Source: an uncultured Opitutales bacterium (GTDB lineage: Bacteria > Verrucomicrobiota > Verrucomicrobiia > Opitutales > Intestinicryptomonadaceae). Taken from it: a DNA stretch of 32,000 nt. Within the stretch, counting starts at the first letter, position 1. The number at the start of each line of letters is the position of its first letter. The notes beneath the pieces are model-generated. The model ran no database searches, had not been told where the DNA came from, and saw only the letters and a program-made list of their open reading frames with translations. The stretch spans positions 180,001 to 212,000 of the forward strand of contig CAKTSY010000003.1 in the NCBI GenBank assembly GCA_934613415.1, in the 5' to 3' direction. This document shows positions 23,800-32,000 of the stretch, piece after piece. The translations under genes were made by a program, and so were the position numbers.

Positions 23800-25212
23800 A
23801 TGGCACAGAAAAAAGAATTTAGGGTTGCCGACATAAAGTTGGCCGATTTTGGCAGAAAAGAACTTGACATTGCAGAACACGAAATGCCGGGGCTTATGGC
23901 CGTGCGCGAAAAGTACGGCAAAGACAAGCCCCTTAAGGGCGTACGCATTACGGGTTCTTTGCACATGACAATTCAAACCGCGGTTTTAATAGAAACCCTT
24001 AAGGCATTGGGCGCAGATGTCCGCTGGGCAAGCTGCAATATATTCTCTACGCAAGACCACGCTGCGGCAGCCATTGCCAAGGGCGGCACCCCCGTTTTTG
24101 CCTGGAAGGGCGAAACATTGGAGGAATATTGGGACTGCACCTACAAAGCTCTTACCTGGCCAAACGGCAAAGGCCCGCAGCTTATTGTAGACGACGGCGG
24201 CGACGCGACTTTGCTTATCCACAAAGGTTGCGAGCTTGAAGAAGGCTCGAACTGGGTAAACGAAAAATCCGAAAGCCACGAAGAAGACGTAATTAAAGCC
24301 CTTCTAAAAAAAGTATACAAGCAAGACCCAAAGCACTGGACAAAGCTTGTAAAGGAAGTTTGCGGCGTTTCAGAGGAAACCACAACGGGCGTGCACAGGC
24401 TCTATCGAATGATGGAAAACAAAACCTTGCGCTTCCCCGCAATTAACGTGAACGACTCGGTTACAAAGTCGAAGTTCGACAATCTTTACGGCTGCAGGGA
24501 ATCGTTGGTAGACGGCATTAAACGCGCAACCGACGTTATGATTGCGGGCAAAACTGCCGTTGTTTGCGGCTATGGCGACGTTGGCAAAGGCTGCGTGCAG
24601 GCTTTAAAGGGCTTGGGAGCTACAATATTGGTAACCGAAATAGACCCGATTTGCGCTTTGCAGGCGGCTATGGAAGGCTACAGAGTTGTTACCGTAGAAG
24701 ATACTCTTGGCAAAGCCGACATTTACGTAACTACCACGGGAAATACCGACATTATCACCATAGACCATATGAAGAAGATGCGCGACCAAGCAATTGTTTG
24801 CAATATCGGGCACTTCGACAACGAAATTCAGGTGGCAAAGCTCGAAAGCTTCCCGAAAATCAAAAAGCTTAACATAAAGCCGCAGGTAGACAAATATACC
24901 TTCCCCGACGGACACAGCATATATCTTTTGGCGGAAGGCAGGCTTGTAAATTTGGGCTGCGCAACGGGGCACCCGTCGTTTGTAATGAGCAATTCGTTTA
25001 CAAACCAAAGCCTTGCGCAAATGGATTTGTGGAAGAACCGCGGCAAATACGAAAACAAGGTATATAGGCTTCCGAAATACCTCGACGAAGAAGTTGCCCG
25101 CCTGCACTTGGGCAGAATAGGAGCAAAGCTTACAAAGCTTACCAAAAAGCAGGCCGACTATATCGGCGTTCCGCAAAAAGGCCCCTACAAGGCAGACTTT
25201 TACAGATACTAA
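23800..25212 (+). CDS. ahcY: Adenosylhomocysteinase (S-adenosyl-L-homocysteine hydrolase)
   Basis: [36 protein letters not shown], the NAD-binding site [10 protein letters not shown] and HFDNEI are present, along with the long-form insertion typical of bacterial/plant-type AhcY. It starts 5 nt after metK. Confidence 0.97.
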   Translation: MAQKKEFRVADIKLADFGRKELDIAEHEMPGLMAVREKYGKDKPLKGVRITGSLHMTIQTAVLIETLKALGADVRWASCNIFSTQDHAAAAIAKGGTPVFAWKGETLEEYWDCTYKALTWPNGKGPQLIVDDGGDATLLIHKGCELEEGSNWVNEKSESHEEDVIKALLKKVYKQDPKHWTKLVKEVCGVSEETTTGVHRLYRMMENKTLRFPAINVNDSVTKSKFDNLYGCRESLVDGIKRATDVMIAGKTAVVCGYGDVGKGCVQALKGLGATILVTEIDPICALQAAMEGYRVVTVEDTLGKADIYVTTTGNTDIITIDHMKKMRDQAIVCNIGHFDNEIQVAKLESFPKIKKLNIKPQVDKYTFPDGHSIYLLAEGRLVNLGCATGHPSFVMSNSFTNQSLAQMDLWKNRGKYENKVYRLPKYLDEEVARLHLGRIGAKLTKLTKKQADYIGVPQKGPYKADFYRY

Positions 25213-25235
25213 TAGCCCTAAAAACGCAATCTTGC

Positions 25236-25271
25236 AAAATCCGATTCGGTGCAAACCGTTTCGGATTTTTT
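25236..25271. terminator. Bidirectional terminator between ahcY and the XRE-family gene
   Basis: aaaatccga (25236..25244) pairs with tcggatttt (25261..25269). The inner helix cggt/accg closes on a 4-nt loop. An A run lies upstream and a T run downstream. Confidence 0.7.
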
Positions 25272-25308
25272 GCGCATATGCAAAGCGCACAAACGAACGA
25301 AAGAACCA

Positions 25309-25731
25309 TTAGTCGCTATACAGCGTTTTCGGGAACGCCCTGTCTAGCTCCAAATTAAGGTGTTCAAGCCCGCCCTCGCAGTTTTCGGCACGCGCCAAAA
25401 TTGAGTCGAACTTGCGCAATATGCTTGCCTTTAAAAACTCTTTTCTGGGAGTGTCTGGCTCGTTCGAAAGCACTAGCGGGGCGTCTTGGCAAATAAAATA
25501 GCTTTCGCTTACGCATAAAACTTCGGCTATCTTTTTTAGCGTGCCCACAGGGGGCGTTGCCGCCCCCCTAACCCACGCGCTAACCGCCGAAACCGACTTG
25601 CCCGTAAGACGCGCCAACTCTTTTTGCTTTATCTCTTTTTTTGCCATTGCAACTTTAAGCTTGCGCGAAATTGCATTATTTGCGGTTTTATTGTAATTAT
25701 TATTATTATATTGTATTTTTTCTATTGACAT
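25309..25731 (-). CDS. XRE/Cro-C1-family helix-turn-helix transcriptional regulator
   Basis: ISRKLKVAMAKKEIKQKELARLTGKSVSAVSAWVRGAATPPVGTLKKIAEVLCVSESYF fits the HTH_3 / XRE five-helix pattern. The ~70-aa C-terminal extension has no S24 peptidase motifs. The N-terminus contains an (AAT)n-encoded NNNN run. Confidence 0.8.
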   Translation of the reverse strand: MSIEKIQYNNNNYNKTANNAISRKLKVAMAKKEIKQKELARLTGKSVSAVSAWVRGAATPPVGTLKKIAEVLCVSESYFICQDAPLVLSNEPDTPRKEFLKASILRKFDSILARAENCEGGLEHLNLELDRAFPKTLYSD

Positions 25732-25773
25732 CGCTTTTATAATAGTACACCTTTCAATTTTTGACAGACAACT

Positions 25774-25801
25774 TTATTATAATCATATAGTATTATAATA
25801 A
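25774..25801. promoter_or_regulatory. Perfect 10-bp inverted repeat TTATTATAAT-N8-ATTATAATAA in the divergent intergenic region (candidate operator)
   Basis: The arms at 25774..25783 and 25792..25801 are exact reverse complements. The repeat lies 8 nt downstream of a TTGACA hexamer (25761..25766) and contains two TATAAT hexamers. The context is AT-rich, so chance is not negligible. Confidence 0.4.
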
Positions 25802-25859
25802 TCAAACAAAACAACAATACAACAAAAACATAAGCAAAAAAGAAAGATACTATTAAAAA

Positions 25860-26255
25860 ATGAAAGCGTTAAACGAAATTGCAACTCCCAACAGCATAGG
25901 CTTCGATTTTCTGTTCCCAAAGGGTAAAGACTGGTTTAGCCCGCGCGAAGTCGGCGACATTATAGGGTGCTCGGACCAATACATACGCAACAGCGTATAC
26001 TCGGGCAAAATTATGGCGCACATTGTGTCGAAAGACCCCGAAAACAACACCGACAACAAAAGCTATATCAGAATACACAAGCAGTCGGTTTTAATGTATT
26101 TGATGGAAACTGCAAACTATACAAGCGACTCGTTTGTGGAAAAGCTGCACAAAATTCTTTCAAAACGAAGCGACTTTGAACTTTTAAGGATAGAAAAGAT
26201 TGTAAAAGACCTTCTTTACACAAAAAGAGACAACCGCACCATACGCCGCTTTTAA
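25860..26255 (+). CDS. Hypothetical small DNA-binding protein (excisionase/MerR-like HTH suspected)
   Basis: WFSPREVGDIIGCSDQYIRNSVYSGKIMAH resembles the short winged-HTH of the excisionase/AlpA (HTH_17) type. I recognise nothing in the rest of the protein. The ORF is intact with an ATG start and is divergent from the XRE gene. Confidence 0.55.
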   Translation: MKALNEIATPNSIGFDFLFPKGKDWFSPREVGDIIGCSDQYIRNSVYSGKIMAHIVSKDPENNTDNKSYIRIHKQSVLMYLMETANYTSDSFVEKLHKILSKRSDFELLRIEKIVKDLLYTKRDNRTIRRF

Positions 26256-26293
26256 CACGGCGCACAAATGCGGGTAAAAACGCGACGGCTTTT

Positions 26294-26578
26294 TTACGCA
26301 AGCTTTTTCAGGAAATCGGCGCCCGTTGCGTTTTCGTCAAGTCCAAGCGTTTGGGCTTTTTCGCTTAAAAGCTTTATTTTTGCCTCAAGCATATCGTCGA
26401 AAGTTTTAACGCCCGTTACAATTGCCGCCGTTTCGCCGAGTTTGTTTGCGGTTTGAATATTTATATATCCGCACGCCAAAAAGCCGTTTTTACCCTTTAT
26501 CAACAAAAGGGGAGCTTTTGACAGTTCAACCTTTATTGCGGAAAACTCCGCCCCTGCTACGCTAATTTTAGTTTCCAT
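26294..26578 (-). CDS. DUF1805 (YunC-like) family protein
   Basis: ISVAGAEFSAIKVELSKAPLLLIKGKNGFLACGYINIQTANKLGETAAIVTGVKTFDDMLEAKI is collinear with the B. subtilis YunC-type domain as I remember it. I chose the start at ATG 26578 (METKISV…) for a family-typical length of ~94 aa. The listed start is 26641. Confidence 0.65.
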   Translation of the reverse strand: METKISVAGAEFSAIKVELSKAPLLLIKGKNGFLACGYINIQTANKLGETAAIVTGVKTFDDMLEAKIKLLSEKAQTLGLDENATGADFLKKLA

Positions 26579-26686
26579 GCCTAAAATGCAAACCCTGCCA
26601 AATGTTTTTTCAAGAATATTCGCATTATACTTGAAAAGCATTACGCTTTTTTTAGTCTTTAAAAAATCGAATTAAGCGGTTTTACA

Positions 26687-27073
26687 ATGAAAACAGCCAT
26701 ATATGCAGTTATATTATTTGCGGCGGGAATTTGCGGCGGCTTTGCCCAAAATATAAAGACAGCCCCCAAACCTACCGAACAAACACTTACCGTGCCCCCT
26801 CCCCCGCTAGATTCGCAGCGATTTACCGAGGGCTATTTAGACTACACAGGCAGCATATTTTCGCCGTTTTCGAAAAAAAAGCCCTACAATTTCGGAATAT
26901 ACAATAAATACGGTTTTTTGATTGCCTACATAGATCAAACACACCTTGTAGGCGAAAGGCTTGAAAAACTTATCGGCAAAAAGGTTATTGTTAAGGGCCG
27001 CATTATGCTCTTAAAAAAAGACCTTGTTATTATCGCCGAAGACATATCTTTTAAAAACAAATCCAACAAATAG
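26687..27073 (+). CDS. Small secreted hypothetical protein (128 aa)
   Basis: The signal peptide MKTAIYAVILFAAGICGGFA-Q is followed by a proline-rich linker (TVPPPPLD) and a ~80-aa beta-rich C-terminal region. I recognise no family. It contains an A8 run (26873..26880) encoding KKK. Confidence 0.55.
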   Translation: MKTAIYAVILFAAGICGGFAQNIKTAPKPTEQTLTVPPPPLDSQRFTEGYLDYTGSIFSPFSKKKPYNFGIYNKYGFLIAYIDQTHLVGERLEKLIGKKVIVKGRIMLLKKDLVIIAEDISFKNKSNK

Positions 27074-27082
27074 AATATTACT

Positions 27083-27949
27083 ATGGACAACCTTATAGAC
27101 GGAAATGCAGTTTCTAAACAAATTCAGGAAGAGCTTAAAGTAAAGCTCGCCTCCATACAGGGCAGAAAGGCATGTGTTGCCTTTATAAGAGTGGGCGAAG
27201 ACCCTGCCTCGATTTCGTATGTAAACAAAAAACAGAGAATTTCGGGCGAAATAGGCATAGAAAGCAAATTGTTTGTGCTGGATAAAGACACACCGCAAAA
27301 CGAGCTTAACGCCCTTATAGACAAGCTTAACGCCGACAATACGGTTGACGGAATTTTGATACAAGCGCCCCTGCCCAAACAGCTTAACGAGCGCGAAACA
27401 TTCAACAGAGTTTTGCCCAACAAAGATGTAGACGGCTTTAGCGCGGCAAATATGGGGCTTTTGTGTCAGGAAAACCCGAACGCATTTGTTGCGTGCACAC
27501 CCGCAGGCATTATAGAACTGCTTAAAAGGGCAAATGTTCAAACAAAGGGCAAGCGCGCCGTAATAATTGGCCGCAGCCTTATTGTAGGAAAACCCTTGGC
27601 ATTGCTGCTTATGCAAAAGGGGCTAGACGCAACCGTTACAGTATGCCACTCTAAAAGCGAAAACTTGGCGGAAATTTGCCGACAAGCCGACATACTTATT
27701 GCAGCCGTAGGCCGCCCGAACACGGTTACCGCCGATATGGTAAAAGAAGGCGCGGTTGTTATAGACGTTGGCATAAACAGAATTCCCGCTCCCGAAAAGA
27801 AGTCGGGCTACAGGCTTGTAGGCGATGTAGACTTTGAAAATGTAGCCCCGAAATGCTCTAAAATAACGCCCGTCCCCGGCGGCGTAGGGCCAATGACCGT
27901 TGCAATGCTTATGTCTAACACAATAAAGGCATACCAACTAAACAAGTAA
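27083..27949 (+). CDS. folD: Bifunctional methylenetetrahydrofolate dehydrogenase / methenyltetrahydrofolate cyclohydrolase
   Basis: VGEDPASISYVNKK, DGILIQAPLP, DVDGF, TPAGIIELL, VIIGRSLIVGKP and PVPGGVGPMTVAML are all canonical FolD motifs. Confidence 0.95.
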   Translation: MDNLIDGNAVSKQIQEELKVKLASIQGRKACVAFIRVGEDPASISYVNKKQRISGEIGIESKLFVLDKDTPQNELNALIDKLNADNTVDGILIQAPLPKQLNERETFNRVLPNKDVDGFSAANMGLLCQENPNAFVACTPAGIIELLKRANVQTKGKRAVIIGRSLIVGKPLALLLMQKGLDATVTVCHSKSENLAEICRQADILIAAVGRPNTVTADMVKEGAVVIDVGINRIPAPEKKSGYRLVGDVDFENVAPKCSKITPVPGGVGPMTVAMLMSNTIKAYQLNK

Positions 27950-27950
27950 T

Positions 27951-29711
27951 ATGGAAATTTCTTTTCACCCTGCAAAATATTTGGAAGGCCTTGTAAAAAA
28001 GGCGGCGCAAAACAAATCGTTCGAAAATTTCGACGAAAAAATAAAAATTGCAGACCCGCGTTTTGGAGACTTTCAGGCAAACGGCGCGCTGGCCTACGCA
28101 AAAATTGCAAAGGCAAACCCGCGCCAAATAGGCCAGTCGCTGGCCGACGAAATAAAATCGCTGCCCGAATACGACCCGGAATTGCTCGAAGTTTCCATTG
28201 CTGGAGCCGGCTTTATAAACTTTAAATTTACGCCCAAATTTTTGGGTGAATATTTGGCAAAATTTAAGAGCGACTCCGATTTAAAAAAGGCGGCTTCGTC
28301 TTTTTACGGCGGCAAAAAAATTGTTGTAGACTATCCTTCGCCCAACACCGCAAAACAAATGCACGTTGGGCACTTGCGCCCCATGGTTATAGGCGAAGCG
28401 GTTTCGCGACTTTTCAGATTCTGCGGGGCCGACGTTGTTTGCGACAACCATATTGGCGACTGGGGCACAAACTTCGGTATACTTATTTACGGCATTAAAA
28501 GCCAAAACTACAAGCTAGACCCCGAAAACGAAAACTCGCTTGAAGAGCTTGAACAAATGTACAAGGCGGGCTCTGCAAAGGCAAAGCAAGACCCAGCCTG
28601 TGCCGACGCCGCCCGCACCGAATTGGTAAAGCTGCAAAACGGCGACCCCGAAAACACAAAGCTTTGGCAGGATATTTGCAAAGTAAGCAAAGTAGCGTTC
28701 GACAGAATGTACAAGGCATTGTCGATTACAACCGACATAAGCTTGGGCGAGTCGTTCTACCGCGACAAAGTTGCCCGCGTATACAGCGAGCTTACCGAGT
28801 TGAATTTGGCGGTTGAAGACCAGGGGGCTTTGTGCGTGTTCTTTAAAGACGACCCGCAATTTAAAGACCAGCCCTTTATTATACGCAAAAGCGACGGGGC
28901 TTCGAACTATGCTTCTACCGACTTGGCCTGCGTTTTGTATAGAACCGAAAAACTTAACGCCGACGAGATTGTTTATGTAACCGACGGCCGCCAGCAAGAC
29001 CACTTTAAGCAGCTGTTTATGACAACAAACAAGTGGTTTTCGGCAAAGGGCTACCGCATACCCGAACTAAAACACGTTTGGTTTGGCACAATTTTGGGAG
29101 AAGACGGCAAGGCAATTAAAACCAAAAGCGGCGAACCCGTACGCTTAAAGGCTCTTATTGCCGAAGCGGTTTCGCGAGCCGAAAAGGTTGTAAAGGAAAA
29201 GAACCCCGATATGACCGATTCGGAAATTGCCCACATTGCAAACACTGTCGGCATTGCAGCCTTGCGCTATAGCGATCTAAGCCAAAACCGCACAAGCGAC
29301 TATCTTTTTAGCTGGAACAAGCTCCTGTCGTTCGACGGCAACACGGCACCCTACTTGCTGTACGCGCTGGCGAGAATATACTCTATTTTCAGGAAGGCGA
29401 ATATCGGCATAAATTCCGATTTTGAAAAGAACGCAGCCGCCCTTGAAAGCGAGCAGGAAATTGCCTTGGCAAGAAAGCTTTTGGCGTTGCCCAACGTATT
29501 CGAACAGGCATTGGCGGAATTAAAGCCGCACTACCTATGCGGTTATCTATACGAATTGGCGGGGGCTTTCTCGACATTCTACAACACCAACAAGGTTATT
29601 GTAGACGACGTTCCCACAATGAATAAAAGGCTTATGCTTTGCGCAAGAACGCTTGAATTTATGAAAACGCTTTTGGGGCTTTTGGCTATAGAACCGCTAG
29701 AAAAGATGTAA
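27951..29711 (+). CDS. argS: Arginine--tRNA ligase
   Basis: The class I HIGH motif appears in PNTAKQMHVGHLR. The Arg-tRNA synthetase N-terminal add-on domain and a C-terminal DALR-type anticodon-binding domain (…YLCGYLYELAGAFSTFYN…) are present. It starts 1 nt after the folD stop. Confidence 0.97.
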   Translation: MEISFHPAKYLEGLVKKAAQNKSFENFDEKIKIADPRFGDFQANGALAYAKIAKANPRQIGQSLADEIKSLPEYDPELLEVSIAGAGFINFKFTPKFLGEYLAKFKSDSDLKKAASSFYGGKKIVVDYPSPNTAKQMHVGHLRPMVIGEAVSRLFRFCGADVVCDNHIGDWGTNFGILIYGIKSQNYKLDPENENSLEELEQMYKAGSAKAKQDPACADAARTELVKLQNGDPENTKLWQDICKVSKVAFDRMYKALSITTDISLGESFYRDKVARVYSELTELNLAVEDQGALCVFFKDDPQFKDQPFIIRKSDGASNYASTDLACVLYRTEKLNADEIVYVTDGRQQDHFKQLFMTTNKWFSAKGYRIPELKHVWFGTILGEDGKAIKTKSGEPVRLKALIAEAVSRAEKVVKEKNPDMTDSEIAHIANTVGIAALRYSDLSQNRTSDYLFSWNKLLSFDGNTAPYLLYALARIYSIFRKANIGINSDFEKNAAALESEQEIALARKLLALPNVFEQALAELKPHYLCGYLYELAGAFSTFYNTNKVIVDDVPTMNKRLMLCARTLEFMKTLLGLLAIEPLEKM

Positions 29712-29744
29712 ATTTGGCAAAACTTTAACGCCAAACTACAAAGC

Positions 29745-29772
29745 AAAACGCCGCATTTTTTGCGGCGTTTTT
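29745..29772. terminator. Bidirectional terminator between argS and the ThuA-like gene
   Basis: aaaacgccgca (29745..29755) pairs with tgcggcgtttt (29761..29771) around a 5-nt T loop, with A and T runs on either side. Confidence 0.7.
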
Positions 29773-29781
29773 GTCTATAGG

Positions 29782-30693
29782 CTATTCTCCGAATTTCTCC
29801 CTCAGCAATTTTTTGTAGCTTTCAATATCGCGCCGCGGCGGCTTTGTTATAAGCGATTCCATTTCGGCGTAGGTCGGAACTAAAGAATCTACCCCGTTTT
29901 GCGGAAGGTCTTTTTTTGCAAGCCAAACAATGGCGTTTAAAAGAAGCTTTCTATAGTTGTCGTTTTTCAACGCCCAAACGCTGTGGCCGCCCGTAAAGCC
30001 AAATGCCCTGTGCATTGAATCCGAATAAGTCCAAAGCAGCGTTTCGCTTTTGCCCAGATTTTGGCGAACATAGTCGTTGCCCGAATGCGCGCCATTGCGC
30101 CCTTTTCTTACCTTGTCGGGAGGGGCTGCCTTTGCAACCGAAACTGCATTTTCGGCAAGCCTTATGTTAAAATACCACTCGTCTACAAGCGAAAAGTCGG
30201 CAACGCCGTTCGAAATCGGGTGTGTTTTATCCAAAACAATATCGGCTTTCCAAGTGGGGTTTACCGACCAATAAGTTTCGTACGCCCCGCCGCAAATTTC
30301 GCGCATAAAAGGCTCTGTTTCCTTTTTGTCGGGCTGCAATGCGTAGTGCAATATGCCGAAATTTACCCCGTGTTTTGCCAAATTTTTAACCGCATTTTCG
30401 CTGCCTTTAAAGGGGCTGTTTTCGCCGCCTTCGGCAACAACCACAACGGCCGCGGCGTCTTTAATATCCGTAAAAGTCGCCCCTTTTTGCATATATAAAA
30501 TTTCGGTTTTTATATCGGGGAACGCCCTATTTATAGCATTTTCAAGCAAAATGCAGGTGGCTTCGTTTTCGTGATCGCCCCAATAGTGAACGGAATTCCC
30601 CGCATAAAACACAATCTTTGCCGGCTTTTTTGCGCAACCGAAAACAGCTAACGCGATACAGGCAATAACAAGAATTTTAGCAAAAAGTTTCAT
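29782..30693 (-). CDS. ThuA-like (trehalose-utilisation-like, class-I glutamine-amidotransferase fold) lipoprotein
   Basis: I chose the start at ATG 30693 because MKLFAKILVIACIALAVFGC-A looks like a lipoprotein signal. …FGILHYAL…, GFTGGHSVWALKNDNYRKLLLNAIVWLAK resemble ThuA-domain proteins. The function assignment has moderate confidence. Confidence 0.65.
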   Translation of the reverse strand: MKLFAKILVIACIALAVFGCAKKPAKIVFYAGNSVHYWGDHENEATCILLENAINRAFPDIKTEILYMQKGATFTDIKDAAAVVVVAEGGENSPFKGSENAVKNLAKHGVNFGILHYALQPDKKETEPFMREICGGAYETYWSVNPTWKADIVLDKTHPISNGVADFSLVDEWYFNIRLAENAVSVAKAAPPDKVRKGRNGAHSGNDYVRQNLGKSETLLWTYSDSMHRAFGFTGGHSVWALKNDNYRKLLLNAIVWLAKKDLPQNGVDSLVPTYAEMESLITKPPRRDIESYKKLLREKFGE

Positions 30694-30697
30694 AACA

Positions 30698-31660
30698 CTA
30701 CTTTCTTGTTGCAAATAAACACCTAAATACCGAGCCGAAATAGTCGGGCGAAATCAGCTCCATCAACGCCCTCTTTTTGGGAGACAATGGGTCTGTATTC
30801 GCCACAATGTCGCAAAGCTTTTTTTGCGAATTTTTCATAAAAAAGTTTTCCTGCGTACAATAGGTTAAAGCCCCAAAGCCGCTGCTTTTCAAAATCGCTT
30901 CTAGCGGCTCTATCTGCGGGCTATAGGTTAAATCCGAAACGCCCGCCATAGAGTAAATATCCAAGCTTTCAATCATATTTTTATATCTTCGGGCGGTGCC
31001 TTTGCCGAAGGCGTATAGCTCGTGCGTTGTTCTAAAATAGTCTATAAAAAGCAATAGCCCAGTCCATTTTTGCGAGCAGATTTTTTCGAACATATCCAAT
31101 GCGTCGAAAGAAAAATCAACAATAAAGCCGTCGAAAGCGTCGGGGAAATTTTTGTTTAAAACTTCGCTTTCATAGATTGAGGCGTCGCAATAAACTTCGC
31201 TAAACGAATCCTCCGAAACGGGCGACAAATAAAGCTTTTCCCACTTATTGTTTTCGTGCAAAAACCTGTCGAAGGGGCGCGAATCGAGCAGCTCGTTGGA
31301 AAACACAAAAATATTTTCGCCCGAAATTTCAAGCTTGCTACCAAGCCTTAAAGATTCCGAATTTTCGAAAAGCTCCCTGTTCGGTTCCGCTCCAATTTCT
31401 ATTATTTTTTCGGGAGCTTTGCCCAAAATGCTTTTTGCCCCGTCTAGCAAAAGCTCGGCAAACATTGCGCCCTTTAGGTTCGAGCTTGTATAAAAGTCGC
31501 CCTTGGTGCCCGTGCGTATTCTCTGCGCCCTGTAATACGAATATTCGTATTCGAAAAGGCACTTTTTCACAAATTCCGAAAGCGGAATAAGCCCGTTGTT
31601 GTCCGCCGCGTATTCGCCGATTTTTTCCAGTATAAGCTTTGTAATTTCTTCGTCGTTCAT
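30698..31660 (-). CDS. DUF185 / MidA (NDUFAF7)-family SAM-dependent methyltransferase
   Basis: The GTKGDFYTSSNLKGAMFAELL segment matches the GDFxTSPE-xxxxFGE signature of MidA-type methyltransferases. IIEIGAEPN is a candidate SAM-binding loop. I chose the start at ATG 31660 (MNDEEITKLILEKI…), directly after the recF stop. Confidence 0.65.
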   Translation of the reverse strand: MNDEEITKLILEKIGEYAADNNGLIPLSEFVKKCLFEYEYSYYRAQRIRTGTKGDFYTSSNLKGAMFAELLLDGAKSILGKAPEKIIEIGAEPNRELFENSESLRLGSKLEISGENIFVFSNELLDSRPFDRFLHENNKWEKLYLSPVSEDSFSEVYCDASIYESEVLNKNFPDAFDGFIVDFSFDALDMFEKICSQKWTGLLLFIDYFRTTHELYAFGKGTARRYKNMIESLDIYSMAGVSDLTYSPQIEPLEAILKSSGFGALTYCTQENFFMKNSQKKLCDIVANTDPLSPKKRALMELISPDYFGSVFRCLFATRK

Positions 31661-31661
31661 T

Positions 31662-32000
31662 TTAAAAAAAATATTTGCCGTTTTCGGCTCTAATGTCGAA
31701 CCAATCGCCTGCAGGCATATTCGAAGTTGAAGTTGCAATAACTTGAAACGATTTGTCTATGCAGTTCCAAAACGCCTCTTTGCGATAGTCGTCTAGCTCG
31801 CCTAAAATGTCGTCGCACAGCAAAACTGGAGCTTCGTTTTTTCTTTCGTACAAAGTGCTTAATTGCGCCAGCCTAAGAGACAGCGCAACCGAACGCTGCT
31901 GGCCGTCGGAAGCGTATTTAATTGCGGCCTTGCCCGCAAGCAGGGGCAAAATGTCGTCTTTGTGCGGACCTGTTTTTGTGCTGCCAATAAGCTTTTCTGC
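31662..32000 (-). CDS. recF: DNA replication and repair protein RecF, 3' part (start outside window)
   Basis: The minus-strand frame is open to the window edge and reads …AEKLIGSTKTGPHKDDILPLLAGKAAIKYASDGQQRSVALSLRLAQL…VLLCDDILGELD. It contains the RecF GPHRDD-type motif, the ABC signature-like SxGQQR and the Walker B motif LLLDD. Confidence 0.85.
   Translation of the reverse strand, partial: AEKLIGSTKTGPHKDDILPLLAGKAAIKYASDGQQRSVALSLRLAQLSTLYERKNEAPVLLCDDILGELDDYRKEAFWNCIDKSFQVIATSTSNMPAGDWFDIRAENGKYFF

Noticed and set aside
24215-24223. Perfect DnaA-box consensus TTATCCACA, considered as an oriC hint given recF at the window edge
   Set aside because: It is a single isolated occurrence inside the ahcY coding sequence (…LLIHKG…), with no cluster of boxes and no AT-rich unwinding element. 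It is most likely chance.
25309-27073. Prophage or integrative-element remnant, or toxin-antitoxin / defence module, around the XRE gene
   Set aside because: I could not identify an integrase, recombinase, terminal repeats, tRNA target, toxin-like partner or nuclease/ATPase core. Only the weaker 'switch-like regulator pair' observation is kept as a finding.
1-32000. tRNA, rRNA, CRISPR arrays and IS elements
   Set aside because: No intergenic region exceeds about 300 nt. I saw no T-loop-like GGTTCGAATCC motifs outside coding sequence, no regularly spaced short repeats, and no transposase-like ORFs or terminal inverted repeats.

Overview
The window is a chromosomal segment from a Gram-negative bacterium that uses the PEP-CTERM/exosortase sorting pathway. 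I cannot assign a taxon from the sequence alone. By eye it has mid-range GC, AT-rich intergenic regions and essentially no Shine-Dalgarno motifs. I call about 27 protein-coding genes. I found no rRNA, tRNA, CRISPR array, transposase or integrase.

Layout:
- 1-12.1 kb is an accessory-looking surface/secretome block. It holds two paralogous large PEP-CTERM beta-helix proteins flanking an AraC regulator, a Deg/HtrA-type lipoprotein protease, and a convergent pair of paralogous secreted enzymes of a family I do not recognise.
- 12.1-21.4 kb holds a shc-tetR-ybaK operon, an nhaP2-nuclease operon, two tandem secreted esterases and an acyl-AMP ligase.
- 21.4-32 kb is housekeeping: rph, a C_GCAxxG_C_C protein, metK-ahcY, folD-argS, and a ThuA-like / DUF185 / recF-3' operon. 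A small divergent XRE/HTH regulator pair and two small genes interrupt it.

I did not find a self-contained novel system with a recognisable enzymatic core, such as a defence or mobile element. The most interesting signals are:
- a collinear ~0.66 kb near-identical 3' cassette shared by the two otherwise diverged PEP-CTERM genes;
- an A13 tract in the promoter region of one of those genes;
- the unassigned convergent enzyme pair;
- a TetR gene translationally abutted to squalene-hopene cyclase, with a perfect palindrome upstream;
- the XRE/HTH pair, with a perfect 10-bp inverted repeat between the two genes.

All coordinates of small motifs come from manual counting. All family assignments come from motif recognition, not database searches.
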